DNA from: Monocercomonoides exilis PA203
Taxonomy: Eukaryota > Protista > Preaxostyla
Assembly: GCA_001643675.2 (NCBI GenBank)
Contig: LSRY02000002.1
Span: forward strand, 2,356,001-2,420,000
Direction of reading: 5' to 3'
DNA: 64,000 nt
Shown: piece after piece, positions 13,801 to 26,700 of the stretch
How the letters are laid out: every line of letters starts with the position of its first letter
Position numbering within the stretch: position 1 is the first letter of the stretch
Translations under genes and position numbers: made by a program
Notes under the pieces: model-generated
Database searches by the model: none
Told to the model about the DNA's origin: nothing
Seen by the model: the letters and a program-made list of their open reading frames with translations, nothing else

Positions 13801-15366
13801 TGGAATGTCTGAACAGACGAATAGGAGAATCAGAAAGAGAAGGAGAGGAGGAAGAAGATGAAGAAGAAGAAACAGAAGAAGAATTAAAAGAAGAAAACGA
13901 AGAGGAAGAAAAAGAAGAAGAAGGCGAAGTGAAAGCATTTGATATGTTTTTGATAGAAGCTGGCTGTGTAGATGTGTGTGAAGGAGGTTTTTGACTGTTT
14001 GTGAAATGAATTAACTCAGAAAGAGAATTTTCAATGAAAAATTTCCTTTCCTTTTTATTCTCATTCTCTCCCCCTTCTCGTTCCTCTTCCCTCTTCTTCC
14101 CACATATATTCTCCCTCCCTCTATTTCTATTCTCTTCCTCTTCTCCTTCTTCTTCTGTTTCTTCTCCAAATCTGTCATTTTCTCTGTTTTTCATTTCACA
14201 AAGCAAAATAAAGTCATCTTCATTTTCTTCTTCCTCTTCTTCTTCCTCTTCTTCCTCTTCTTCTTCCTCTTCTTCCTCCTTCTTCACCTTCTTCCCTTTC
14301 CATTTCCCTTTCCATCTTTCCTCTTTCCTCTATCCTCTATCCATGCTCTGTCCGTGAAGGCGCGGAAGGAACAAAATCACGCGGCGGAAGAGGAGGCGGA
14401 GGAGGAACGCAATTCACACCAGAAACAGGAGCAGCGGTGGAGCTGGAGAGGTGGAGAGGGCGGAGGGCAGTGGCAATGCGCTGGGTGTAGTTGGGGATGA
14501 GGAGAAAAAGAAGGAAAAGATGAAGATGAAGAGGAAGAGGAAAGAGAAGAAGAAGAAGAATTTCATTTCCTTTTTCTTGTTCTTCTTTTGCTTTGTTTTG
14601 GATGTCAGCAAATGGATTGAAAAAGGAGAAGGAAGGAAAAACGGAAGAAAACTGAGAAGAAGAAAGTTCAAAAAAAAGAGGGTTTATTCGAAAGAAGCAG
14701 GAAGAGAGGAGGAAGTGCTGAGAAAGAGGAGGAAAAGAGAAAGAGGAAGAGGAAGAAGAAGAAGAAGGAGAAGGAGAAGGAAAGGAAGAAGAAGGGGAAG
14801 AAGAGGAAGAAGAAGAATTGTTTTTTGTTGTTTCTTCTTCCACTTTATTTATTTCTTTATCTTTTTCACTTTTCTCTTTCTCTTTCTCTTTCTTCATCTT
14901 CATCTTTTGTATGTTTCTTTCTTCAATCTCAAATTCTTCCCTATCAATTTCATAATCATCTTCATTTCTTCTAACAAGCACACATTTTTCTCTTCTTTCT
15001 CTCAATTTCTTCTTCTTTTCTTTGTTTTTCTTCTCTTTTTCTTCTTGTCTTTCTCTTTCTTCCTCTTCCTCCATCTTCTTCTTCTCTTCTCTTTTTTCAT
15101 TTCGCATTGTTTTTACTCATTCATTGTCTTTTTCCCTTCCTTCACAAATTTCAGCATTTCTTCTTTCTTCTTGCCCCATTCTTCTTTCTTCTTTATTTTC
15201 TCTCTCATTTTCCTTCTTTCTTTCATTTTCTGTTCATATTTCTCTTTTCTTCTTGTCAACATCTTGTTAACAATGGAACATGCGAACGAATTTATCAGCT
15301 TTTTGGAAGGAGAAGAGGTGGAAATGAAGGAAGGGAAGGAGAAAGAGGAAGAAGAAGAAGAAAGAG

Positions 15367-15404
<38 letters not shown>

Positions 15405-15450
15405 AGAAGAAGAAGAAGGAAGAGAAGAAAGAGAAGGAGGAGAAAGAAAA
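10880..15450 (-). pseudogene. Decayed low-complexity (Ser/Glu-rich) gene of unknown family
   Basis: Colinear protein-like segments (14337-15107, 13625-14287, 11654-13444, 11057-11647) are broken by frameshifts and in-frame stops (TAG at 11654-11656, TAA at 11057-11059). Some breaks may be assembly errors in simple repeats. Confidence 0.5.
13465..13568. repeat. (TCCTCT)n followed by (TCT)n microsatellite
   Basis: Directly visible tandem hexamer, then trimer, repeat. Confidence 0.9.
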
Positions 15451-16158
15451 AACAGAAAAAGATAAATTTAAAGCAAAATATGAATAAAAAAAGGGATGAA
15501 GAAAACCAAAAAAGTCATGCGAATAGCTGTGACGTTCACTATCTTTTTATTTGTACAAAGAAAAAACCATCATAAAGGAGCAGAGCAACTATTAAATGAA
15601 AAAACAAAAAAAAATACATAAAAGACTTAAATTGTTATGAACTTTTAATTCAAATCAGATTGTTTTTTAGCATATTCATAATAAAGTATTTCAATTCATA
15701 TTCATAGATAATAATTCTCTCATGTCGATAATATAGCGAACAACATGTCAAATATTTTTTTGCTTCTAAAAACAATTGTTAAATTGAAAGGATAAAATTG
15801 TATAGTTAGAAATGAAAATAATAATTATTTAAAATATGATAATTATGTATTTCGAAGAAAAAACATATTGAACATGTTTAATCACTTAGGTTTAAAGATT
15901 TTATATAAAGAATAATTATAAAAATAAGACACTGAAAATAAAGCTTCAAAAACATTTTAAAGAAAATAGGATAATCTTGATGTGAATATTCATAAAATGA
16001 TATGACTTCTGTCAAAGTGAAAAATACCATTTAAATAAATAAATAATTAATTAAGGTTTCTTGATTGTAAATTTAGATGGAATTTTTGTTTATCAAATTT
16101 TGGATAATTGGAAAGTGTTTAATCCATTTTCAAGCATTATTTAAAAAAATAGTTTGTT

Positions 16159-16191
<33 letters not shown>

Positions 16192-17442
16192 CAGTGACGG
16201 GTACTGACTGACGAGACCGCACCTATTTCAAGGTGACGCAGATGTTTACTTTTTTGCATAAAACAATAAAACTTTGTTTCACAAACAAGTTTATTAAACT
16301 TTCTCAAATTTCAAAGCAAATTAGATTTTCATATCTGCAGGCTGGCATCATTGATATTGCACATTATGTTTTGTAACCTCTATCGTATTTCAAAAAATGA
16401 ACCAATTTTGTTGAAAATTTTTGTTCACAAAAAGTTAATCATAAGTGCATTATTTCTGAATGAAAATGTCTGAAATTTGACACTTTGAATCATTTCATAA
16501 TACATTTTTTTCATTTCAAAATAATCTTTATGAAACATCAAGTTATCATTCTTTTTAAGAATTCAATCAGTCATTTATCTTTTTTTCCTATTTTAATCAT
16601 TTATCGGTTATGAATGATGTTCTATCGTCAATTTTTTTGTTTATGAACATGTATGCTTCGCACTGATTTTTGGAACAGTCGGTTTGAAATATTTTTCTGT
16701 AACATTTCTTTTCCTGCAGAAACATATAAATATTGATCTTCTTTGAATGTTTTCGTATTTTTCAATTATGAATGCTTAAACAATGATTTTTTAAAAATGG
16801 TTTTCATGTAATTTTTAAAACCTTTGGATATGAAAAATAAATTAAAATCACTCTATGTGTGTTAATATTCGAAGAAAAAATAATTTGAAAAAAGTTGAAG
16901 AAAAGAAGCTTTCTGATTTATACATAAATAAATTAAAATAAAGGAACAAAAGTAGAAGACTCACAAAATTACATATCAAGATACATTGCATAAGGCAAAA
17001 TTAAATAAATACAATTAGATTATAAGACAGTTTAAACACAGCATAATTGATAATATCAAGAATACACTTTGGTATTCTCCACTAAATTAAAGAATACACA
17101 AATAATTCACACAAACAAAAAAAACAAAACAAAAAAAAAAAAAAAAATAGTTGTTCTAACAAATCAATAAAATAACATTGACTCGGAGAAAACAAAAAAC
17201 TATCATTCTCCATTCAATCTTGTTATTTATTAATCACTAAACAAATCGTTATTTCTTACAAAAAAAATTGGAAATAACAATATCAAAATTGATTTTGCTA
17301 ACGTAATTCTACTTTTGTACATTTTTTGTGTATTAGTCCGCAAAAAGCTATCTTTTTGTTTTTATGTCTTTAAGCTAAAAATCTTTTCTAATGATTTCAC
17401 AATTCATTTCTTCAATACGAACATAAATTAATATAGTTAACC

Positions 17443-20400
17443 TCAACATTTATCGATAGCCAACGAAAGTCGAGGTGATATTAGTCGATTAGCCTCAACG
17501 GGCTTCACAGATTTTTCATCGCGTATGCACTGCTCCGAAGGATAAGATAACTCATTGTGTATTTCTTCACCGTCGTAGTTGAGAGAAGACAAGACAACAA
17601 CAGACTCTGCGTTGGAGAATGTTGCAGAAGAAGGCACTGAAGCAGAAGGAGAGGCAGAGGGAGAAGCAGCCAAAGGCGCTGTAACAACACCAATGTTCAC
17701 AGAACTTGCACTGGCAGACACGTCTGCATTGTCTGCTGACTGCTGAGTGGTTTTGTTCTTTTTAGGCAATGCTACCATTTCTGAAGTGGCAAATGTGTTC
17801 GGCCCAAGTGCAGACATCAGCGGAGATGTGGAAGCAAAATGCCTGAATGCTGTTGGAGAAGAAGGCAGCAGGGTCGAAAGAGAGACAGGCAGAGGGAAAA
17901 CTTCCTTTGCAGGTTCGCTTCGAGATCTGCATGCATAACGAGGCGGTGCTCCTTCTTCAAGTGACTCGCTGAATGAGCTCAGATTCACCGACTGCGACTT
18001 GTGCTCCATGTGCAGCTGGGAATACCCGTCGTTCTCTGCTGCAGAAGGGGCAGCGACGGTGCTGAAACGTCCTTCAGAAATCTTCCTCTTCAGCTTGATG
18101 CGAGGCGTCGTGGATGCAGCATCATCAGCTGGTGCTTCTCCAGAGGCAGCCTGCGAGCGGGAGTTGAGGGAGAAGACAGACGAGGTGAGGAGAGAAGAAG
18201 ATAAGGATGAGACAGGTGTCGATGCGAAGGGGAAGTCTGCAGCAGACGGCGAGACAGACGAGGCAGAAGAGTATTCAGAGGAGTTGGTGCTGTCTGGTGA
18301 AGACTTCTGAGTGTCTATTGATTGATTCGTGTCTGCTGATCCTTCATCCAGAGACTGTGCCAATCTCTCAGCATCACTCAGCTGTGTTCCTCTTGAGTGC
18401 TGATGGCGTGTATGCCTTCTCAAAGTCTCTTGTTTCTTGTCTGCTCTTGCAGCATCTGCCTCTGTCTCTGTCTCTGTCTCTTCCACAGGCTGTCTGACTG
18501 ACTCACTTGGCAGCATCATTTGTGGATGCTCAATGTGCACTGCTTGATCCAAGTGCAGATAAGCAGAGGGAAGTCTGCTCTCTTCCAGCTGAAGAGGAGA
18601 GAAAGGAATCTGATCGATGTCACTTTGCAGAGAAAGCGAATAGTTCTGCCCGAACATTCGGTCGTATGCTGCTTTGTTGAAGTTCTCGATGGAAGGCGTG
18701 TAGACAGTTGGGATGGGGGCTGTGGCGATGAAGGTGGGATAGGATGAGAGAGAGGACGTGGAAGAGGTGGAGACCATCGGAGAAACGGAGTAATATGAAG
18801 AAGAAGAAGAAGAAGAAGAAGATGTTGATGTCGATGAGGATGAGGATGATGAAGCAGATGAATATGGCAATGACGACGAAGAGAATTGTGCAAATGGAGC
18901 AGAGGAAGAGTATTGTGAAGAAGAAGAAGGCAGACGAATAGGAATATTTGATGAAATAGGAGCCGACGGAGAGTGCGATGCGAATGGGGTGATGCGACCC
19001 GGCTGGTTGGTTGGAGGTTGCTGCAGTTGAAACGAAGAGGAATAAGAGGAATAAGAGGAATTAGAATTAGAATTAGAAGAGGAGGAAGAGGAGGAAGAGG
19101 AAGAAGAAGAAGAGGAATTGGAGGAAGGAAAAGGAGAAGATTCGAGTGTCTGGCCAACCGGGTCTAAAAAGGGTGTTAAGCTGTAGTTGCGCATGCTGAA
19201 GCGCTGGTAAAAAAGCGGGTCAGAAGCGACAAACGAGCTGGGTGATGAAGACTGCAGCGAAGGGAGATAAGGCGAAGAGAGCGGGAGAGAGGCAAAGGGA
19301 TTGGGAGAGGCGAGGCGGGAGTCGCCAGGGGTGATGGTGGAGAGGAAAAGAGGCTTGGAAGAGTCCTTTGGGAGGAAAGGGGGCTGTGATGAAGGAGAGG
19401 AGACTTCTGAGAGAGGAGGAGGTGAGTGACACAGCTGTTCGTGGGAATGGGCTGCCAATGAAGAAGTAGAAGAAGAAGAAGTAGAAGAAGAAGAGGAGGA
19501 GAATGAAGAAGAGGAAGGAGTGTTTTGACTTGGCAGGGAAAGAGAAGACGGATCAGGAGGCAGTGTTGAATGATCAGTGCCTGCTGAATATTCAATGGAT
19601 GACTCTTTTGTCTGTGCAACAAAAGAAGAAGCAGAAGAAGAGGGAGAAGGTATTTGTGATGATAGCATTTGCTTAGAGATGAAAGAAGAGGGAGGAATTT
19701 GCTGAGGTTTGTGTGTTGTGTTTGGCTTGAGTTTTGGAGAGTCAGCAAGAGGAGCAAAGACAAGTGGCTGCGCAACAGATTGGGAGGAGTCCTGTTGATA
19801 TGCAGAAGAAGAAGAAGAAGAAGAGGAAGAGGAGGAAGAAGAAGAAAGAAGAGAAGAGGGTGTGTTTATGCTTCCCTTTGAAGGAGAGATAGAAGAGTGT
19901 TTGTTGAGATGAGGGAGCTGAGGTGTGGAAGGGATGGGTGATGTGCCAAGAATGAGGGAGGAAAGAGAAAAAGGAAAAGAAATAGAAGAAGAGGAAAAAG
20001 CAGAAGAAGATGATAATGAAGAGAAGGAAGAAGAGGCAGAAGAAGGAGTATTAGACAAAGAGCCAGGTTTATTGAAATAAGATGATTGAGACAAAGAAGA
20101 AGGCTGAAAGGGGTGTTTGGGGACATCTGGCACAGAAACAGCAGACGAAGAGACAAGTTTTGAAGAAGGGCGAGAAGAAAAAGCAGAAAATGGTTTGGAA
20201 TTTTCAGAATGAACAGAGTAATCAGGATGAAGAGAATGAGCATAGGCAGAAGGAAGAAAGCTGTGTGGTGTTTGAGAGGCAGACAAGAAAGAAGAAGAAA
20301 AGCTGTTGTTCTGAATGGGACGGGGGAGTGTGTGTGGAAGAGTCACAGACTGCGACTGATGGGCAGAGGATGATTTGAGGGAAGGAGGGGCAGGGGGAGG

Positions 20401-23397
20401 AGGAGGAAGAGAAGAAGAAGAAGAGGATGAGGATGAGGAGGAGAAGGAAGAAGAGGAGAGAGAAAGAGAAGAGAAAGGAGGTGGGGGAGGAGGAGGAAGA
20501 GGAGGCAATGGAGGGAGAGGGGGTGGTGGAGGCAATGAGAAAGATGGAGTTAGCTCTTCCTTTTGATGAAAGGGAGATGCGATTGCAGAAGGAGGGAGGC
20601 CATTTTGAGGGTGGAGGAGAAGATCATAAAAATGGGGAACACGTTTGGGGGCTGGCTTGTTGCTTGGTTGTTTTGTGAAGAGAGGAGCAAAAGAAGAAGA
20701 AGAAGAAAGGGAGGAGGAGGATGATGAAGCAGATGAAGAAGCAGAAGAAGAAGAAGAAGAAGATGAAGACTGATAGAAAGCAGGATCAGTATTAACAGAA
20801 GGATGAATGGAGATGTTGTCATCAGTCGCATTCTGTTGCAATACAACTTGTGGCAGAAGAGGCAGTTGTGAGTCATTCTGAACAAACATTCGCTGTTTGT
20901 TTGTTGAAAGAGGAAGATTGCTGAATGAATGAGGAGGAGGAGGAGGAGGAGGGAGTTGAGGAAGCGGAGGTGGTGGAGGTGGTGGAGGGGGAGGCTGAGA
21001 AGGAGAATAAGACGATTTGCTGATTGTGCCATCTGATTGAAGGTGTGGATGATCTAAATGAGGAGAGACGAGAGGAGAGAGAGCTGCTCCTGTGGTGTTC
21101 TCCATTGGATGATCCAGAATCTGACACAAATGATATGACATGTTCTCAGAGGGACTCAGACGTTGCTGAATGAAAAAGATGTTAAAAATAAAAACAACAT
21201 AATCATGATATAGAAAATGATAATAAGTGTGATTAACTTCAAAAGTCAATGACAAATCTTCAACAAACCTTCAGACATCCGATGAATGCCATCGATTGGC
21301 ACAAAGACGAAGCAGACACAAACAAAACTCTTCCGATTGCTGTTGTTATCAGCACATGTGGCAACGATGTGTGAGTTGAATTCTCTGAAACAGACACAAA
21401 CATATCACAATATTCAAATCAAATAATAACAACAACAATAATAAAATATCAACTTTGTAGAATAACACTATTTCTTTAAAATGGAATACCTTCTTTTTCC
21501 TTCAAAGAAATCTCTTCTTTCTCGCAGAACGACAAAGAGACCACTTCGCTCATTGAGGCAAATGGGTATATCATTCGCACTCTGTTCAGCGTCTCCAATG
21601 GATCCACTCTGACTCCCTGGTCTTTTGTGGCTGAGAGAGTGTTGTTGAAGGCAACTAATGTGAGTGACGAGTCAAACAGCCAAACACTCCCATCACCTGC
21701 ACCTACAACCAACAGCTGCTTGAAGGAGGAGAGGCAGGTCAAGGGGCTTGTCAGCAGTCTGATGGGGGGTATCAGGGATGTTGGTAAGAATGATTGGAGA
21801 AAAAAAAGGAGAGAGAGAAGAGAGAAGAGAGAAGAGAAAAATCAGAAAGCAAAAGTTAATTTTTGCCAAAAAGCGGAAACGGAAACAGAAGTCCAACCAT
21901 TTTGACAGGTTGTATAAGAATAAAGAGATTAAATCATTAAAAATAAATGAGGTTTGCAAACTGAATCACTCCAGACAGAACTCTTTCAGGAAGATACTGG
22001 CTTGAGGCTGAACATTCAATGGCATATTTTGTGACAGTGTGTAAAATCATTCATGAGCAAGTGCAAAGACAAACAGTGAGATTCATTAATAAATGATATT
22101 ATAAATAAAAGAATTCAATAAATAAATAAATATTTTTGAATACATCGAGATTTTTTCGAGTCGGATGAAGGGACCAAAGAACGGCTTGACTGCGACCCAG
22201 CAACTCTGTCCCACACAACCACAGCGCCTGAGGTAGTTCCTGTGTACACCTTCGACGACCCCATCAGAAAAGTGGTGACTGTAAATGCTCCGACGTCGAT
22301 GGCTGCGTTTGAGCCCTCCTTTTTGGCTGAATGCTCCTTCGCAGCAGACAATGACTCTTCATCAGACGGAGTGAAGGACAAGTTCTCGGTGGAAGGTGAG
22401 TACATAACTAACTGAATTAAATTATACAAATAAATAAATAAATAAATAATCAATTAATTAAGCGTGAATGTTATTGAAACAGTACATCCAAAATGTCATA
22501 AAAGAATAAATTGAGGCATACACTTCTTCCACGAATATCCCAAAACATAACGCCCATCGAACTTGTGGTGACAAATTCTGAAGTGTCTGATGGATTAGAA
22601 GCTATTGCGTGTTGCTCTTCAATATCATTACATAACTTTGTTGTTGATATGAATGCGGCTTTTCCGTTGCTCGTCCAACTCCATGCAATAAACTCTTGCA
22701 TTTTCACCATTTTCACTTGGTCTTCTGTATCACCTCCTATAATAAGATTTCTCACTTTTCCATTTGCTTCTTGAAATGAAAAAGTCTCTTTGGCAGATGA
22801 TGTTGGACGATGAACTTTTGTCGTAATTTCAAAATCACAAGGAACAGATATAATAATAACGGTTTGTGCTCCACGATTGACAGTCATATCATAAACACCG
22901 AGCTCAAATGGAACATCAAAATGCTTTATGGGGACATTCTTCTTTGCGTCCCACACAATGACACTTGCGTCTGGTCCTCTATCGGCTGTAAAAATAAAAC
23001 GTTTATCCATTGAAACAACAACTGAACTGATTGGATTAACCTACAACGAAAAACGAATAAATAATTGATTGAAGTTTGAATTTTTTAATATAGAACGGCA
23101 AACATGTCCTTGAATATGAGATACTGAATTATCAGCTAAATTCCACGAAGCAACAGATTCTCCATTAGAAACTACTATAGCCTGTAATAATATAAATATA
23201 GCATAAATGAAACTTCGTAATGTTAAAAATTGAATATGTTAACCGGTTTATTTTGTGTAAACAGGAAATGAGTTCCATTTCTGAGAACTTTGTCTGAGTC
23301 AATATAAAATGACAAATCCTGCAAGAATTGAAAAAGCAATTGCAAAAATTTATAAGTCTTTTATCGATTGAGAACAAACATCAGGGTCTATGGTCAT
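17443..23397 (-). CDS. CFAP251/WDR66-like WD40 protein spliced to a ~1240-aa Pro/Ser-rich terminal exon
   Basis: Exons encode IQGH|VNPISSVVVSMDKRFIFTADRGPDASVIVWD, NPSDTSEFVT, VYTGTTSGAVVVWD and LVVGAGDGSVWLFD, which resemble the WDR66 N-terminal propeller. A phase-0 junction (..IGCLK|QRLSP..) joins the large exon that starts at 21165. Confidence 0.65.
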
Positions 23398-23765
23398 ATA
23401 CTCAAAAAGAGTATTTAAAAGAAAGATGAATAATCGTTTTGATCACAATTAAATTATGAAAGTTTATTATATCTCTTTGATCATAATAATTATTGACAAG
23501 TGTTGTTTGTTCGTGCGTATTCAGTGGTTAATTCATAGTATAGAAAATCCCCAAAAAACATATGTCACAATTCAGTGCGGCTGTTTGGAATAACATTTTT
23601 TTCAATCTATATGTGATGTTTTTTTCAAAATTTCCATTAATTTTTGACAACTTTTCATTTCTCTCAATACGAAATTAAAAGACCGAAACAATACACGAGC
23701 CTCGACGTGGTTTGTTTTTTATGCGTTTTATTTTGTCATTTAATTTTTTTTTTGCTTTTATTGCG

Positions 23766-26700
23766 ATGAATAAAGCAGATCCACTTTATCAGCAACCTCT
23801 TCCTTTTTCTTTTGACGAGAACCAAACAGTTACTGCTGCTGTCATATTGAGATATCCGCATACATCATCAGACTTATTGTACCATGTTTCTGTTTGTGGC
23901 TCATGGGATGGATGGTCAAGACGTATTCCTCTTATTTTGAACATCAAGCAGCATGAGTGGCAGCTAATAATAAAGACGGATGAAAAAGATCGCATGACAT
24001 TTAATCCACTTGCACCATTTGGAATCGAAATGCATGCACTCGTGACAGAGCAATCTTTTAGTTGCAAGTTTATTTTGAATGATACAGATTGGAGAGTATG
24101 TAGTAAGTATCCAACTGTTAGCGATTATAGCGGAAACATAAACAATTACGTGACATTTTCCAGAAATATGGCATTTTCTATTATTCATGAATCAGAATTT
24201 CGAGTTGTTTCGCAATTAGATTCAACACCTTCACCATCATTATCTCTTGGAAGATTATTATGCGCGAGGCCAACTTCAGTTCCAGCATCTCCAACATCTC
24301 CAGGTAATGCAGAATGTCATTCTCCATTAAATCAGTCATTTCACTTAACTCCTCCATTTTCTCCTGCGCTAAAGCGAGCTTCTTCACGTGCTTCAGAAGG
24401 AGTAATCCCACCTCCATTTATCGAAAAAAGCGGAATGAAAGAAGGTTTAAAGCCACTTGAAAAAGCTACCGCAAGCGAATGTTCCCTTGCAGATAATAAT
24501 ATTGAGCAAAACGATAGGAAACAAGAAGTGGAAGAAAGAATAATACACAGAGAAGAAATGGAAGAAAAAGAAGCAGAATCACCAAAAGATGAAGAAGAAG
24601 AGGAAGAACAAAAGAAATTCAATGCTAAAGAGATCGAAAAAACAGACGAATCACACGTTAAAAGTGAACTAACGGAAAAAGATGAAGAAAATACTAATAA
24701 TCAACTTCAGACTGAAAACAATTCTATAGAAAGGAATGAAATGGATGCCAATGATCCAACTCAAAATAAAGATAAATGTAGTCACATTAGGATCGACAAT
24801 AACCAATCTGAAGATCTGAAAGACAGGGATTTTGATGAAGAGAAAAGAGATGAAAATGATGAGGCCAAAGAAATTAAAGAAGAAAAAGAAGAATCTATTC
24901 AAAATTCGAATAACGAAGATAATCAAGAAAAATTGGGCACAGCAACACGAATGGAACAAGTCGATGCAGAACCATTTGCAGAAAAGTCAAGCGACAGTAC
25001 TTCGATTTCTCGTGTGGCTGCAAGCACTGAAAATACTCAAAAAGTTAATGTTGAGGAAGAAGCCGAAGAGTATTCACAGAAGGACAAAGATTCTCAAGAA
25101 GAACTGAAAACATACAACAAAGGAGAACTGATGGAGAAAAAACCAGAAATCGAAAATGCTAAAAACCAAGACATTGAAGTGATGCATGACCAATCAAAGT
25201 TTGAACAAGACGAGCCAAACAAAGAAACTGCAAAAGAATCAGAAATACAATCTTTTCCAACAGCATCAGAGAAACAGATTTCATCTGCCTCGGCAGATGC
25301 AATATCGATATTAGCAGTCACTTCGGAGAATGCAGATACCACAGTCAAAAACTCTGATTCTTCTTCATCAACTACAGATGCCAGCTTTGCTCCTGAAAAT
25401 GGAACTCAAAACAACAAATTAATTGAGCAAGCCTCTGATGCAATTGAAAATTCTGAACAAAAGCAGGATGATTCATTGGATGGTGCATGTTCTAATAAGA
25501 GTTCAGAGCCATCATTTCAGTCATCTTCGAGCTCATTTATTGAGCAATCAAACAAAAGTGAAGATTTATCAATTTCAGCTTCACAAAACGCGAATTCTGA
25601 CGCTCAAACAGATAACAATACTTCTTCAGATTCAAAAAAGGATGCTATTGAATTAACGACTTATTCGCAGATCGAGAGTGGAGTTTTAACAAATACGTCT
25701 GATCCTTGCTGTGGTGCAACACATGCAAATTCTGCAGAATCAGTTTCATCAAATGATGATGGTGAAAAAATAAGTCAAACATCACAAAATCAACCAGACA
25801 CATCTTTGCCATCAGCTGATACTTCTGATGAGTCTGTGCCATCGCCACATAAAGATAAAACAGAGATGAGAACACCTGAAAGAGCGCAAACAACAGAAGA
25901 ACAAAGCTCCCCGTCTCATCTTCAAGTTTCTCCGCTGACTCAATTTTTGCTCAGTTCTGCAGGACAGTTGAGTGAAGAAGAGAAGCCTAAACGGTCAAAG
26001 CGACAAACGATCTCTCTTCCATTCAGCAGAACGCTGCTGATACCAGTTGATTATGGCACACCAGCAAATCCTGCACAAGATGAGCAAATGGACGATTCTA
26101 AACTAGAAATCCCTTCAGCGAGTACAAATGAACCTGAAGCAACGCAAGAAATGCAACAGGAAAAGACTTTAGAAACGGAAAATCACATTCAGCTGCAAGA
26201 GTCGAAAGAAGATAACACTGAAGAAGTGATAGAAGATGTGGAAGCCGATCGAGTGGAAGAGTTAGATGCTTGCCAAACGCCTCCTCTGGCTGAAGAAGAG
26301 AAAAAAGAAGAACCAGAAGAACACGAACTTCGCTTCGATACATTTCACCCTGATAATGAAAACAAAGAGCAATTACATTCAACCACTGGAAGAGAATCGC
26401 CATCTCCGACTCTGCGCTCAAAACGTAACATATCGCCAACCAGAACACCTCCTCGCTCACCTCCGCCGATACAAAGCGTGAGCAGTTCGACAACTTCAGC
26501 ACGTTCTGTGCTAACACCAGAGTATATTCCGAGATTGGCGAATAAAAGATTTGTGGTGGGTCATCACTCTTATCGCTTGGAGGTTCTTGACGGAGAGGAG
26601 GAAAAGAATGAGGCCGAGACTTCGGACATTTCAGAGCATAATTCCGTGACCAGCGGAAATACTAATATTGAAGAACATTCGTTCAGTACTTCAAATACTG

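Larger units (their letters stand above)
7247..16249. mobile_element. Candidate full-length hAT-like element bounded by 17-bp inverted repeats
   Basis: GTAAGCATCTGCGTCAC (7247-7263) and GTGACGCAGATGTTTAC (16233-16249) are 16/17 inverted matches. TGAC/GTCA-rich motifs lie inside both ends. No canonical 8-bp target-site duplication (TSD) was seen. Confidence 0.4.

Noticed and set aside
12999-15575. Many poly-Glu/Lys/Arg/Leu ORFs on opposite strands or frames, here and across the window
   Set aside because: These are shadow frames of TCT/TCC/GAA microsatellites, which lack stop codons. There is no independent coding evidence.
15367-16191. Poly-A runs (~15367-15402, ~16163-16191) as retroelement tails
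   Set aside because: No TSD or adjacent retroelement body. The first run lies within a GAA repeat, and homopolymer lengths are unreliable.
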